From Rhodothermales bacterium (GTDB lineage: Bacteria > Bacteroidota > Rhodothermia > Rhodothermales > UBA10348), in NCBI GenBank assembly GCA_017643395.1, contig JAEPNP010000002.1, positions 38,290 to 102,289 of the forward strand: 64,000 nucleotides of DNA. Direction: 5' to 3'. This document shows, one piece after another, positions 18,127 through 26,487 of the stretch. The position numbers were made by a program, and so were the translations under genes. The notes below the pieces were generated by a model. The model saw nothing but the letters and a program-made list of their open reading frames with translations. It searched no databases and was not told the DNA's origin. Numbering within the stretch: the first letter of the stretch is position 1; each line of letters starts with the position of its first letter.

Positions 18127-21100
18127 TTAGTGGCAGTCGCAGTCCTTGATGCGCTTGACGGCCTTGTGCGACTCTTTCGTGTCCATGCGCTTCAGAGCGC
18201 GCACGGCGGCGCGGGAATCGGCCGAGTTCGGCCGTGCCTTGGCGATACCCTCCAGAGCCTCAATCATGGCAAAGCGCACGGACGATTCGATTTCGTGGTC
18301 CAGGTGGTGAATCTGCGACTCCACATGATCCACCCAGGCGTCGACATCCACCGAGGACAACTCGTGTTCGATGGTCCAGAGCACATTCTCGAAGTCGATT
18401 GATCGCAGGGCCGAGCCGGCGGCGGACAGCGCCGTTTCGGCGATGTCGCCGATGGCGGCGCCAAGGCCGGTGATGTGCACGGTGCCTGGATCGACGTGCA
18501 CGTCGATCGATGCACCCGCGTTGTCCCAGTCACCCTCTTCCCAGTTCTGGTTGTCCCAGTCGCCTTCTTCCTTGTTGCCGTCGTCCCAGTTGCTGTCCCA
18601 CTCATCGTCATCCCAGTCGATGTCGCTGAGCGCATGGGCGGCTGCACGGCGCACATCGCGGTTCTCATCGTCCAGCGCGGCACGTAGCGCATCGATCGCG
18701 TCCGGGCTGCCGATCTCGCCGAGCGCGTAGGCGGCAGCTTTTCGGTTTTCGGCGTTGCCGTCTGCACGCAGCATTTCTGCCAGGGCATTCAGAGCACGCT
18801 CGTTTGGCTCGTCCTCCAGAATTTCGGCGATGGCCCACGCGGCGGCCCGCCGGTTATCCGCGTTGCCATCACTCAGTGCATCGATGAGCGCATCGGCGGA
18901 CCCGGAGTCTTCAATCTCGCCGAGCGCGTGAATGGCAGCGCGCCGGGTTTCCGCGTTTTCGTCTCCCAGGGCCAGTTGCAGCCCTTCAATCACGCGCGGG
19001 TTGTCGGATTCGAGTTCGCCCAGCCCGTAGATGGCCTGCCGACGAATCTGGGCATTGCCGTCGTCCAGGGCAGCGACCAGCGCCGGGATGGCACGTTCGT
19101 CCTCAAGCTCCGCTAGTGCATAGATGGCAGCCTTGCGAATCTGGCTGTCGCCGTCCCGGGCAGCGCGCTCCAGGACCGGAATGGACTCCACATCTTCGAG
19201 TTCGCTCAGCGCATAGATGGCCTGTCGGCGCACCTTGACGTCATCGTCGTCCACGGCCAGCGCCAGGGCGCGCAGGGACTCTGACGTGTCGATCTCGGAA
19301 AGTGCGTAGGCAGCAGCCGTTCGCACCTCCGTGTTTGCGTCCCGCATGGCAACGGCCAGTGCAGGCACAGCGCGATCGTCTTCGATCTCACCCAGCGCCC
19401 AGGCGATCTTGGCCTTCACTTCCGGTGAGCGCTCCGCATTCAGTGCGGCTGCGAGGGCTTCGGTGGCACGCGGGCTTTCGCTCTCGCCCAGCGACCACGC
19501 GGCCATCTCCCGCACATTGGCATTCTGACTGCCCAGCGCGCCAATCAGTACCTCCACGGCCCGGCCCGAGTCTGCCTCTTCGGCGATCTCGCCGATCGCC
19601 CAGATGGCGCGCTCCTGGACGTCATCGTTCGGATCCTCGGCCAGCGCCAGCAGCGCGTCCAGGGCGGGCGTGTACTCGATTTCTGCCAGTCCCCATGCGG
19701 CGGTGGCTCTTACCTCCGCGTCGCTGTCGTCCAGAAGGGACATGAGCGCCTGACCGGCCCGGCGATCACCGTCATCGGCGTTGTCTCCGATCATGTAGGC
19801 CATCTGACGGCGTGATTCCGGGTCGCGCTCGGATCCGACCTGGTTGATCAGGACCGGGATGACGTCGTCCTCATCCATCTCGGCAAGTGCCCAGAGGGCG
19901 GCGCGCCGCACATCGTTCGAAGGATCGTCCGACATGGCCTTGCGAAGGGCCGGGATCGCGCGGGCATCGCCGATTTCGCCCAGCACATGGGCCGCTTGGC
20001 GACGAATCTCCTCGTCCTCGTCGCCCAGCGCCTTCATGAACGCATCGACCACCTTGCGCTTGCGGGTGTCGATGGTGTCCGGCAGCGCCACGTTCGGTCT
20101 GCGATCCGCGACGGCCGGCAAGAATGAGCGAGCCCTCTCTGCGAGCTCCGATTCCGGAGCCGGATCGGGGCTTTCGGGAGCGGCCTCAGGTGCCTGGACG
20201 TCCGCACTGTCCCAGGACGCCGGCGCCTCGGTTTCCGTAGGCGTGGTGGCGAAATCGGTGGCGGAAGACTGCGGCGCCAGGGCTGCAATCGGCAGCACTA
20301 CAACCAGAGCCGCGATCATGACGGCGGTGGTGTGTGCCCTTGTAAAGCCGCGGCGGCGGCGATCCGGATCCAGGATGGCCAGCACACGACCTTCCAGCTG
20401 TGACGGCCGGGCCATGGCCACCGCGCCGAGCGGGTTCGCAATCGTCGCGCGCAGAGACCTTGCGATATCCAGCAGATGCTCGGCGTAGTTCGAGGCCTTG
20501 CCCCCAGCCATGAGTACCTGGTCGTCACAGGCCCGCTCCCGCTCCACCCGCAGGCGACGGGACGCGACCCATACCAGGGGATTGAACCAGTACAGCGCGC
20601 AGGCCAGCTGCGCAAAACCTTGCGTGGTGCAGTCCCAGCGCCGGATGTGGGCGAATTCGTGGGTCAGGACGTAGCGGCGGCGCTCGTCGGTCCACGTGTC
20701 GGCATCGCTCGGCAGCAGCACAACCGGTTTGCGGCCGCCCCAGGTGACGGGCATGGTTGTAACGTGGGATTTCAGCAGGTGCACTTCGCGCGTGATCCAG
20801 AGGCGATCGCCGATTTCGTCTGCCAGATCCAGCCACTCCTGATCGCGGATGGGCCGCGCGCGGCGGGCGACCATGTAGAGGCCTACCGCGCCGATGAAAT
20901 GATGGCCCATGATGGCGAGAACGCCGAGCAGCCAGATGCCCAGCAGGATCACGGACCAGTGTGTGCTGCGCAGGGTGCTCCAGATGTCGGCCATGCCGGC
21001 CAGGACCGCATTGCGGGCGGGCTGGATGGCGGGGGCGGCGGGCTCCTCGGCGAGTTGGGCGGCGCCGGGGGCTTCCGTGCTGGGGGCTGCGGTGCTGGGG

Positions 21101-21624
21101 GCTTCCGTGCTGGGGGCTGCGGTGCCGGCGACCTCAGTGCCGGGCGCTGCGGATTCGACGGTGCCGGCGGCCTCAGTGCGGGCCGCCGAGGCGCCGGGTG
21201 TGATTGCGCTGGCTTCCGGATTCGCGGCTCCTCGGGTAGTCGCGGACCCGTTGGTCGGGGGCACACCCGCCTCGGACTCGGCAGCGAGCCCATCGCCCGT
21301 GTCCGTGGTCCAGGGATTTGCCGCTTCCGTTTGTGCGACAACGGCATCGTAATGGGCGTTGTGCTGCTCGATCGCCGCCGCGTGGAACGTGCTCCCCGCG
21401 GGCAATACGTGCCAGTTCGGGAGCATGGCGGTCAGAACCGGCATTGCAAGAATGCCCGTCACCGCAGCCAGCCAGATGGCGTGGCGCACGGATGCGGGAC
21501 GCTTGCGCAGCAGCGAGGTCGCAATACCGGCCAGCGCAAGAATCAGGGCTGCCTTGATGGTGAGGTCGGCGAGCGCGGCGACCAGCGGAACGGCCTGCGT
21601 AGGTGAAAACAGGGTGTCCAACAT
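18127..21624 (-). CDS. M56-family (BlaR1/MecR1-like) membrane metalloprotease-sensor with a C-terminal array of about 15 HEAT-like repeats
   Basis: 1165 aa with N-terminal TM helices and the M56 zinc motif HEFAHIRRWD. A further TM segment (AVMIAALVVVLPIAALAP) precedes about 480 aa of roughly 31-aa repeats such as D.D..VRR.A..ALGEI.D..AI.AL (nt about 18619-20060). These are followed by the acidic Trp-rich stretch DWDDDEWDSNWDDGNKEEGDWDNQNWEEGDWDN and a C-terminus ...KRIKDCDCH. No SxxK penicillin-binding sensor domain was seen. Confidence 0.85.
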   Translation of the reverse strand: MLDTLFSPTQAVPLVAALADLTIKAALILALAGIATSLLRKRPASVRHAIWLAAVTGILAMPVLTAMLPNWHVLPAGSTFHAAAIEQHNAHYDAVVAQTEAANPWTTDTGDGLAAESEAGVPPTNGSATTRGAANPEASAITPGASAARTEAAGTVESAAPGTEVAGTAAPSTEAPSTAAPSTEAPGAAQLAEEPAAPAIQPARNAVLAGMADIWSTLRSTHWSVILLGIWLLGVLAIMGHHFIGAVGLYMVARRARPIRDQEWLDLADEIGDRLWITREVHLLKSHVTTMPVTWGGRKPVVLLPSDADTWTDERRRYVLTHEFAHIRRWDCTTQGFAQLACALYWFNPLVWVASRRLRVERERACDDQVLMAGGKASNYAEHLLDIARSLRATIANPLGAVAMARPSQLEGRVLAILDPDRRRRGFTRAHTTAVMIAALVVVLPIAALAPQSSATDFATTPTETEAPASWDSADVQAPEAAPESPDPAPESELAERARSFLPAVADRRPNVALPDTIDTRKRKVVDAFMKALGDEDEEIRRQAAHVLGEIGDARAIPALRKAMSDDPSNDVRRAALWALAEMDEDDVIPVLINQVGSERDPESRRQMAYMIGDNADDGDRRAGQALMSLLDDSDAEVRATAAWGLAEIEYTPALDALLALAEDPNDDVQERAIWAIGEIAEEADSGRAVEVLIGALGSQNANVREMAAWSLGESESPRATEALAAALNAERSPEVKAKIAWALGEIEDDRAVPALAVAMRDANTEVRTAAAYALSEIDTSESLRALALAVDDDDVKVRRQAIYALSELEDVESIPVLERAARDGDSQIRKAAIYALAELEDERAIPALVAALDDGNAQIRRQAIYGLGELESDNPRVIEGLQLALGDENAETRRAAIHALGEIEDSGSADALIDALSDGNADNRRAAAWAIAEILEDEPNERALNALAEMLRADGNAENRKAAAYALGEIGSPDAIDALRAALDDENRDVRRAAAHALSDIDWDDDEWDSNWDDGNKEEGDWDNQNWEEGDWDNAGASIDVHVDPGTVHITGLGAAIGDIAETALSAAGSALRSIDFENVLWTIEHELSSVDVDAWVDHVESQIHHLDHEIESSVRFAMIEALEGIAKARPNSADSRAAVRALKRMDTKESHKAVKRIKDCDCH

Positions 21625-21626
21625 GT

Positions 21627-22016
21627 TTAGCGTCCCTCCTCGCGGGCTTCCTGGATGCGGGATTCCAGGCGTTTCAGTTCTTCGTCAGAAAGCTGGCTGT
21701 CTGATGCTTCCAGTAGCGCCGCCACCGCCTGGGATACCGAGCCTGAAAAAAAAGTGGCGACCACGTGCTTCAGGGCGTGTTCGCTGGCGGTGTCAGCCGG
21801 GACCACGGGTTGGTAGACGTAGCGTGGGCCGACCTTTTCGTGCTTCACGTGGCCCTTCTCTCCGAGAATGCGGAGCAGGGCTCGCACCGCCGAGTAGCTG
21901 GGCGGATCCGGCAGATTGTCCATCACCTCCGCCGCGGTTGCCTCACCGAGACGATAGATAACGTCCATGATCTGTCGTTCGCGCCGGCTCAGGTCCGTTT
22001 GCAACGTTTCTCCCAT
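21627..22016 (-). CDS. BlaI/MecI/CopY-family transcriptional repressor
   Basis: 129 aa. The winged-helix N-terminus LSRRERQIMDVIYRLGEATAAEVMDNLPDPPSYSAVRALLRILGEKGHV is typical of the family. Its stop TAA lies 2 nt before the ATG of the M56 gene. Confidence 0.9.
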   Translation of the reverse strand: MGETLQTDLSRRERQIMDVIYRLGEATAAEVMDNLPDPPSYSAVRALLRILGEKGHVKHEKVGPRYVYQPVVPADTASEHALKHVVATFFSGSVSQAVAALLEASDSQLSDEELKRLESRIQEAREEGR

Positions 22017-22023
22017 GTCAGCT

Positions 22024-22083
22024 CTCTTGTACTGCTAAAATGTTAGCACTAACTTACGAGTACGGTTCAGGCCCGTCAAGTCG
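22024..22083 (-). promoter_or_regulatory. Candidate BlaI-type operator: overlapping palindromes plus a distal inverted copy
   Basis: GCTAA-AATG-TTAGC (22024-22037) overlaps GTTAG-CA-CTAAC (22032-22043), 8-30 nt upstream of the repressor ATG. The octamer TTAGCACT (22033-22040) recurs inverted as AGTGCTAA (22076-22083). Autoregulated BlaI-family genes usually carry palindromic operators in this position. Confidence 0.45.
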
Positions 22084-22147
22084 GGAGTGCTAATTTTTTC
22101 CCACCTACGACACGAGTCGCCGTGAGTTACGTACGGATCGGAAAAAA

Positions 22148-24991
22148 TCAGCGGCGAACGGTGACCCAGCCCAGATCTCTGGCCTGCCCGGTGCGATACG
22201 CCTTGCCCCAACGCAGATTGAACTCCAGCACATGCAGGAAATTGAACTGCACACCCACCCCACCCCCGACCGAGCTGACGTGGCGATCCAGCGTCTCGGT
22301 GGAATTGAAGCGCTCCGCGAATCCATAGATATAGAAGGCCCGCACGAGCGATGGGATCATCAGCGACCCATTTTCCGGAAACCAGAATGGCTGCACCGTT
22401 TCCAGGGTGGCCCGCACAAACGTGCCGCGTCCCGGGATCACATCCTCGTGCCCGCGCGGCATGAAGAAGTCCGTGTTGTAGACGAAGCCGCGCGTTTGCG
22501 ACAGGGACGCCAGTTCCACCTTGATGCTGTTGTTGATGCGGCTCAGGAACGGCAGATAGATGCCTAGCTCGTTGTAACTGGCGGTCGCGTTGCCGCCAAA
22601 CGCCTCCTCGGTGAACTCGAACTCGGTGGCTGAAACGAACGTGACTCCGCGGCTCCAGACCAGATCTCGAAGCCCCGCCTGAAGGCCCCACTGAAAGCTG
22701 GCCACAGGCGTGAAAGCGATGTTGCGTGTCCAGTCGCGCACGAGCGCATCGTCCGCACCGAGAAGCCGGTTTTGCTGCGCGTCCAGGAACAGCGCGAAGT
22801 TGGCCGTGCTGCGATGGATGTTGTCCTTGAGTGTCACCGGCAGGCTGAGGCTCAACTCGGCGCCGCGCTCGTCTCGGATCACACGCAGCGTGTCCTGGCC
22901 AACGCGGGCGACAAACTGGTCCGGTCGGCGATACAGCCGCGCGGCCGGGCGGATCGCTGTGACTCCCGTGGTGATGCCGACCTCCCCCCAGAATTTGCTG
23001 TCCTGCAGGAAGCCCTCGCCCCAGTAGGCAAACTTGGCGAGCGGGTCCACGCCCTGGAGTGCCAAACCGATGCCCGTTCCGAGATCGGCACCCGGCCGCG
23101 CGGTCGGTGTGTTTTCTAGGTAGACGGTCGGATAGAGCAGGCGCGGGCGAATGTGGTCTACGGCACGGTACGTGCCCGCTAATGCGGCGACGCCTGTCGT
23201 GTCGATAAAGCCGCCCGGCGCGGGGGTCGCCGCGTCAGTGCCTTCCGCTTCCGGCGCGCCGGAGGGATCGAACGGAATCGTCTTCAGGTCAAACCGCTGA
23301 TCCTGGAACTCGACGAATGCCAGCGTGCTGCCGTCGGGCGACAGCGTCGGCTCGAAGGCCCCATAGGCCACGTTGGTCAGGCGGATCGTGCGTCCGGTGT
23401 CCACTTCGTGCGCGAACACGTTGATGACGTCGGTCGGATCAGCAGAAAAGAGTAGCCAGCGTGCGTCCGGAGACCAGGTGACATCGTACACCGAGGCGCC
23501 GTTAAAGACCACCGCGGGGCGGAGGGCGGGCTCGGCCGCATCGCTCAGATAGAGCCCCTGCACCCCGAGCGTGTTCACGATCAACGCCGCGCGGTCATGG
23601 TCAGGGCTCGGCTCGATCTGCACGAACCGGCGGCGGGCCGGCGGCAGCACAGGCTGAAAGCCCGATTCGGGGCTACCGTGCACCCAGTTGCTGAACGCGC
23701 CATCCAGCTGAATGGCCCAAAACGACCCGTCCGGAAGTTCGGTCGGCCCGATCAGGCCCGCGCCCCGGGTCAGACGCTCTGAGTTGCCGGTCTCGAGGTC
23801 GATGCGGAAGATGTCCGAGTCCGCCGCCCGGCCGGCCAATCGGTTGCTGATGTATCGGCCGGCGATGAGCGACTTCCCGTCAGGACTGAAGCTGAATTCC
23901 AGCTCCTCGTTCAACTCCTCGTGGGCCACCGGCGTCATGCGCCCGGTGTTCATGTCGATGGCCACCTGCCCGCGTCGACGATTGTAGGCAGTCATGTATG
24001 CGATGACCGTGTTGTCGTCTCTCCAACGGGGCCGCCGCACTACCAGGCCTTTCTCACCGGCGACGGTGCGGGATTGTGTCAGCGTACCCAGCGCTTCCTG
24101 GCGCGCGCGTTCCCGGGCGATGGCCTCCTGCCGCTGGCGTTTGCCGAAGGTGCGAGGGAACGTGCGGGTGCCGTACCAGAAGCTTGCTCCGTAGCCAAAG
24201 AACGGGAATCGGTTGTGGAACGCAGTCGCCCGGCGGAGGGCGGGAATGTCACCCGTGGAGTCGGCGAGGGCCTCCATGAGAATGGCGCCCCCCTTATAGA
24301 ATCGGTCTGTCGGCCGCGTATACCACGGGTTCTCAAGCATCTGGGCCAGTGTCCAGGGCTTGCCCTTGCCGGCCGCGGCGCGGTACTGCATCACGAACCA
24401 CGGATGATTCAACCGTCCGGCACCCGGCTCAAGACGACTTTCCACGTAGACGGCCGCGCCCTCGGCGATTCCCGGCGGGATCCACATGTTGAGTGCCCGG
24501 GCGATGTCGGGTGCGAAGGGTTTGAGGATGCTGTTCACCCCGAACCCTGCGCTATAGTCACCTTGCGCTGCATGCACGAGCTCGTGCGGCGCAACGGCCA
24601 TCAGCCAGTCCGCGTGTCGCACGGACAGACTGCGGCCGAATAGTGGAACTCCCTCGATTTCGGACTTCGTGGGTACGGTGGCGACGAAACCGTTGCCGCG
24701 GTCGCCGTATCGGTTCAGTACGACCGAGAGGCGATAGTCCGGTTTGATCGGGAACAGACGGGAGACATCGGGGATGCTCGCTTCGAGCACGGCCGCCATT
24801 TCGCGGGCCTGCTCTTCGGTGCCTTCCTGATAGATAACGTCGAAGTGCGCCGAGCGCATGACCAGGTAGTTGACCCCGGGCGGTCGGTAGACCACGGAAT
24901 ACACCGGAATGACCTGTGCCGACACCGCCATCGGCGGAACGGTGATTGGGGCCAGGATCAGCGCAGAGAGGAGCGCCAGGGTCGCACGCAT
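22148..24991 (-). CDS. Outer-membrane-type protein: N-terminal HExxH (peptidase-MA-like) domain, TolB/WD40-like beta-propeller repeats, C-terminal beta-barrel-like region
   Basis: 947 aa with signal peptide (ALLSALILAPITVPPMAVSAQ) and HELVHAAQ. TolB-type repeat signatures are FSFSPDGKSLIAG, DVTWSPDARWLLFSAD and EPTLSPDGSTLAFVEF. The last 330 aa or so are rich in alternating beta-strand patterns. The precise family is not recognised. Confidence 0.6.
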   Translation of the reverse strand: MRATLALLSALILAPITVPPMAVSAQVIPVYSVVYRPPGVNYLVMRSAHFDVIYQEGTEEQAREMAAVLEASIPDVSRLFPIKPDYRLSVVLNRYGDRGNGFVATVPTKSEIEGVPLFGRSLSVRHADWLMAVAPHELVHAAQGDYSAGFGVNSILKPFAPDIARALNMWIPPGIAEGAAVYVESRLEPGAGRLNHPWFVMQYRAAAGKGKPWTLAQMLENPWYTRPTDRFYKGGAILMEALADSTGDIPALRRATAFHNRFPFFGYGASFWYGTRTFPRTFGKRQRQEAIARERARQEALGTLTQSRTVAGEKGLVVRRPRWRDDNTVIAYMTAYNRRRGQVAIDMNTGRMTPVAHEELNEELEFSFSPDGKSLIAGRYISNRLAGRAADSDIFRIDLETGNSERLTRGAGLIGPTELPDGSFWAIQLDGAFSNWVHGSPESGFQPVLPPARRRFVQIEPSPDHDRAALIVNTLGVQGLYLSDAAEPALRPAVVFNGASVYDVTWSPDARWLLFSADPTDVINVFAHEVDTGRTIRLTNVAYGAFEPTLSPDGSTLAFVEFQDQRFDLKTIPFDPSGAPEAEGTDAATPAPGGFIDTTGVAALAGTYRAVDHIRPRLLYPTVYLENTPTARPGADLGTGIGLALQGVDPLAKFAYWGEGFLQDSKFWGEVGITTGVTAIRPAARLYRRPDQFVARVGQDTLRVIRDERGAELSLSLPVTLKDNIHRSTANFALFLDAQQNRLLGADDALVRDWTRNIAFTPVASFQWGLQAGLRDLVWSRGVTFVSATEFEFTEEAFGGNATASYNELGIYLPFLSRINNSIKVELASLSQTRGFVYNTDFFMPRGHEDVIPGRGTFVRATLETVQPFWFPENGSLMIPSLVRAFYIYGFAERFNSTETLDRHVSSVGGGVGVQFNFLHVLEFNLRWGKAYRTGQARDLGWVTVRR

Positions 24992-25397
24992 GCAGGAGTG
25001 GTCGATGTGTTTTCAGGCGGCCTTCGGACCTTCCGGTTGTGCGGCCGGACGGATGCGCGTCGAAGATAGCCGACCGCAGCGAACGCCGTGCCCCCATTGG
25101 CTGGCACCGGGTCACGACGTCCGCGCGGCCGTGGCAGGAGTCACCCCTCTGCCGGGCACCGTCTCCGGCCTCCTGGCATGCTCCCGCTACTCTGAGAAAC
25201 GGAATTACTGTCAGGATGACGACAGTGGGTGGAGAAGAAAGTTGGTAGGGCGGCGCTGGGGGCGCGGCGGCGCTGCGGCGCACTTCGGGGACGGCGCGCG
25301 CCGGCTCGGTGCCCCGGCCCTCACAGCCCGCGCCGCTTCACCGTAATTCCCGCGTCTCGCTTTTGGGCGACTCACCCCAGCGCCCGATATTCGCGCC

Positions 25398-25486
<89 letters not shown>

Positions 25487-25488
25487 GG

Positions 25489-25524
25489 AAAGCCCAGCGA
25501 GCACGCGCTTGTTGGGCTTTTTTG
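25489..25524 (+). terminator. Rho-independent terminator after tRNA-Ser
   Basis: AAAGCCCAGCG...CGCTTGTTGGGCTTT forms a stem (AGCCCA/TGGGCT plus inner AGCG/CGCT) followed by a T run (25518-25523). Confidence 0.75.
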
Positions 25525-25540
25525 CGTGCTGGCCTCGCTC

Positions 25541-26105
25541 CCGGGGGGCGCGATTTGCCCGCCGATGTGGAATCCGGGGCCGCTATTCCACCAGGCGGCC
25601 GGCGCAGCGCACCCCGACGTGCAATAGGCCCCCGGTATTCGACTTACGCCCCGTTCGCGAGGCCGCAAACATGGAATGGGGGCCCCGCATTCCACGAAAC
25701 CGCCAAAGCGACCCCGCGGCACGCGCGCGCGCCCGGCATGAGCGATTTGCCGCCCACATGGAATCCGGGGCCGCTATTCCACCTGGCGGCCGCCGCAGCG
25801 CACCCCGACGTGCAATAGGCCCCCGGTTTTCGACTTACGCCCCGTCGGCGAGGCCGCAAACATGGAATGGGGGCCCCGCATTCCACGTAACCGCCAATTC
25901 GACCCCGCGGCACCGCGCGCCCGGCATGCGCGATTTGCCGCCCACATGGAATCCGGGGCCGCTATTCCACCTGGCGGCCGCCGCGCCGCAACCCGACGTG
26001 CAATAGCCCCCCGGTTTTCGACTTACGCCCCGTTCGCGAGGCCTCATACATGGAATGAGGCCCCCGCATTCCACGTAACCGCCAATTCGACCCAACGAGC
26101 ACGCT
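25541..26105. repeat. Tandem repeat, 3 units of 188-191 bp, each with two 23-nt hairpin/palindrome elements
   Basis: TGGAATCCGGGGCCGCTATTCCA starts at 25568, 25759 and 25947. TGGAATG(G/A)GGGCCCCGCATTCCA occurs once per unit (25672-25694 in unit 1, 26051-26073 in unit 3). The units are nearly identical apart from a few substitutions and small indels. Confidence 0.9.
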
Positions 26106-26115
26106 CGACCCTCCC

Positions 26116-26487
26116 CTAAACGTGCTGGTCCACCAGCACCGGATTCCCGTCGGGATCCACCACCACGAAGCTCCCGGGCCCTGACTCCGGATCGCCTCCC
26201 TCCTGCAGGATCTCCAGGCCGGCCGCGCGCAGCCGCTCTTTGATGGCCCGCACGTCCTCGAACTCCTCGAGCGTCTCCGTCTGCTGTGTCCAGCCAGGAT
26301 TGAACGTCAGGATGTTCTTCTCAAACATGCCCTGGAAGAGCCCGATCACGGTATCGCCGTTGCGCAAGATCAGCCAGTTCTGGGCTTCCTCACCGTGCAC
26401 GTGCTCGAAGCCCAGCGTCTCGTAAAACGCCCGTGAGGCCTTGATGTCCTTGACGGCAAGGCTCACCGAAAACGCGCCCAGTTTCAT
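26116..26487 (-). CDS. VOC-family (glyoxalase/bleomycin-resistance fold) protein
   Basis: 123 aa. MKLGAFSVSLAVKDIKASRAFYETLGFEHV... and the ending SFVVVDPDGNPVLVDQHV are typical of the VOC fold. Its ATG overlaps the upstream stop (ATGA). Confidence 0.85.
   Translation of the reverse strand: MKLGAFSVSLAVKDIKASRAFYETLGFEHVHGEEAQNWLILRNGDTVIGLFQGMFEKNILTFNPGWTQQTETLEEFEDVRAIKERLRAAGLEILQEGGDPESGPGSFVVVDPDGNPVLVDQHV

Noticed and set aside
21055-21125. Short tandem DNA repeat (about 30 bp, 2 copies, gggggctgcggtgctgggggcttccgtgct) inside the M56 gene
   Set aside because: It is real but simply encodes the low-complexity loop APSTEAPSTAAPSTEAP of the membrane protein. It is not an independent element.
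18127-22016. Beta-lactam or methicillin resistance locus (blaI-blaR1 naming)
   Set aside because: The sensor lacks the penicillin-binding SxxK domain and no beta-lactamase or PBP2a gene is adjacent. Only the signalling architecture is shared.
25541-26105. Possible CRISPR array (also considered for the arrays at 40.5, 51.6 and 62.1 kb)
   Set aside because: The whole 188-191-bp units repeat, so there are no unique spacers between short repeats. At 40.5 kb the spacing is irregular (51 and 89 bp) with only 5-6 copies. At 51.6 and 62.1 kb the units are directly abutting. No cas genes or leader-like region are in the window.
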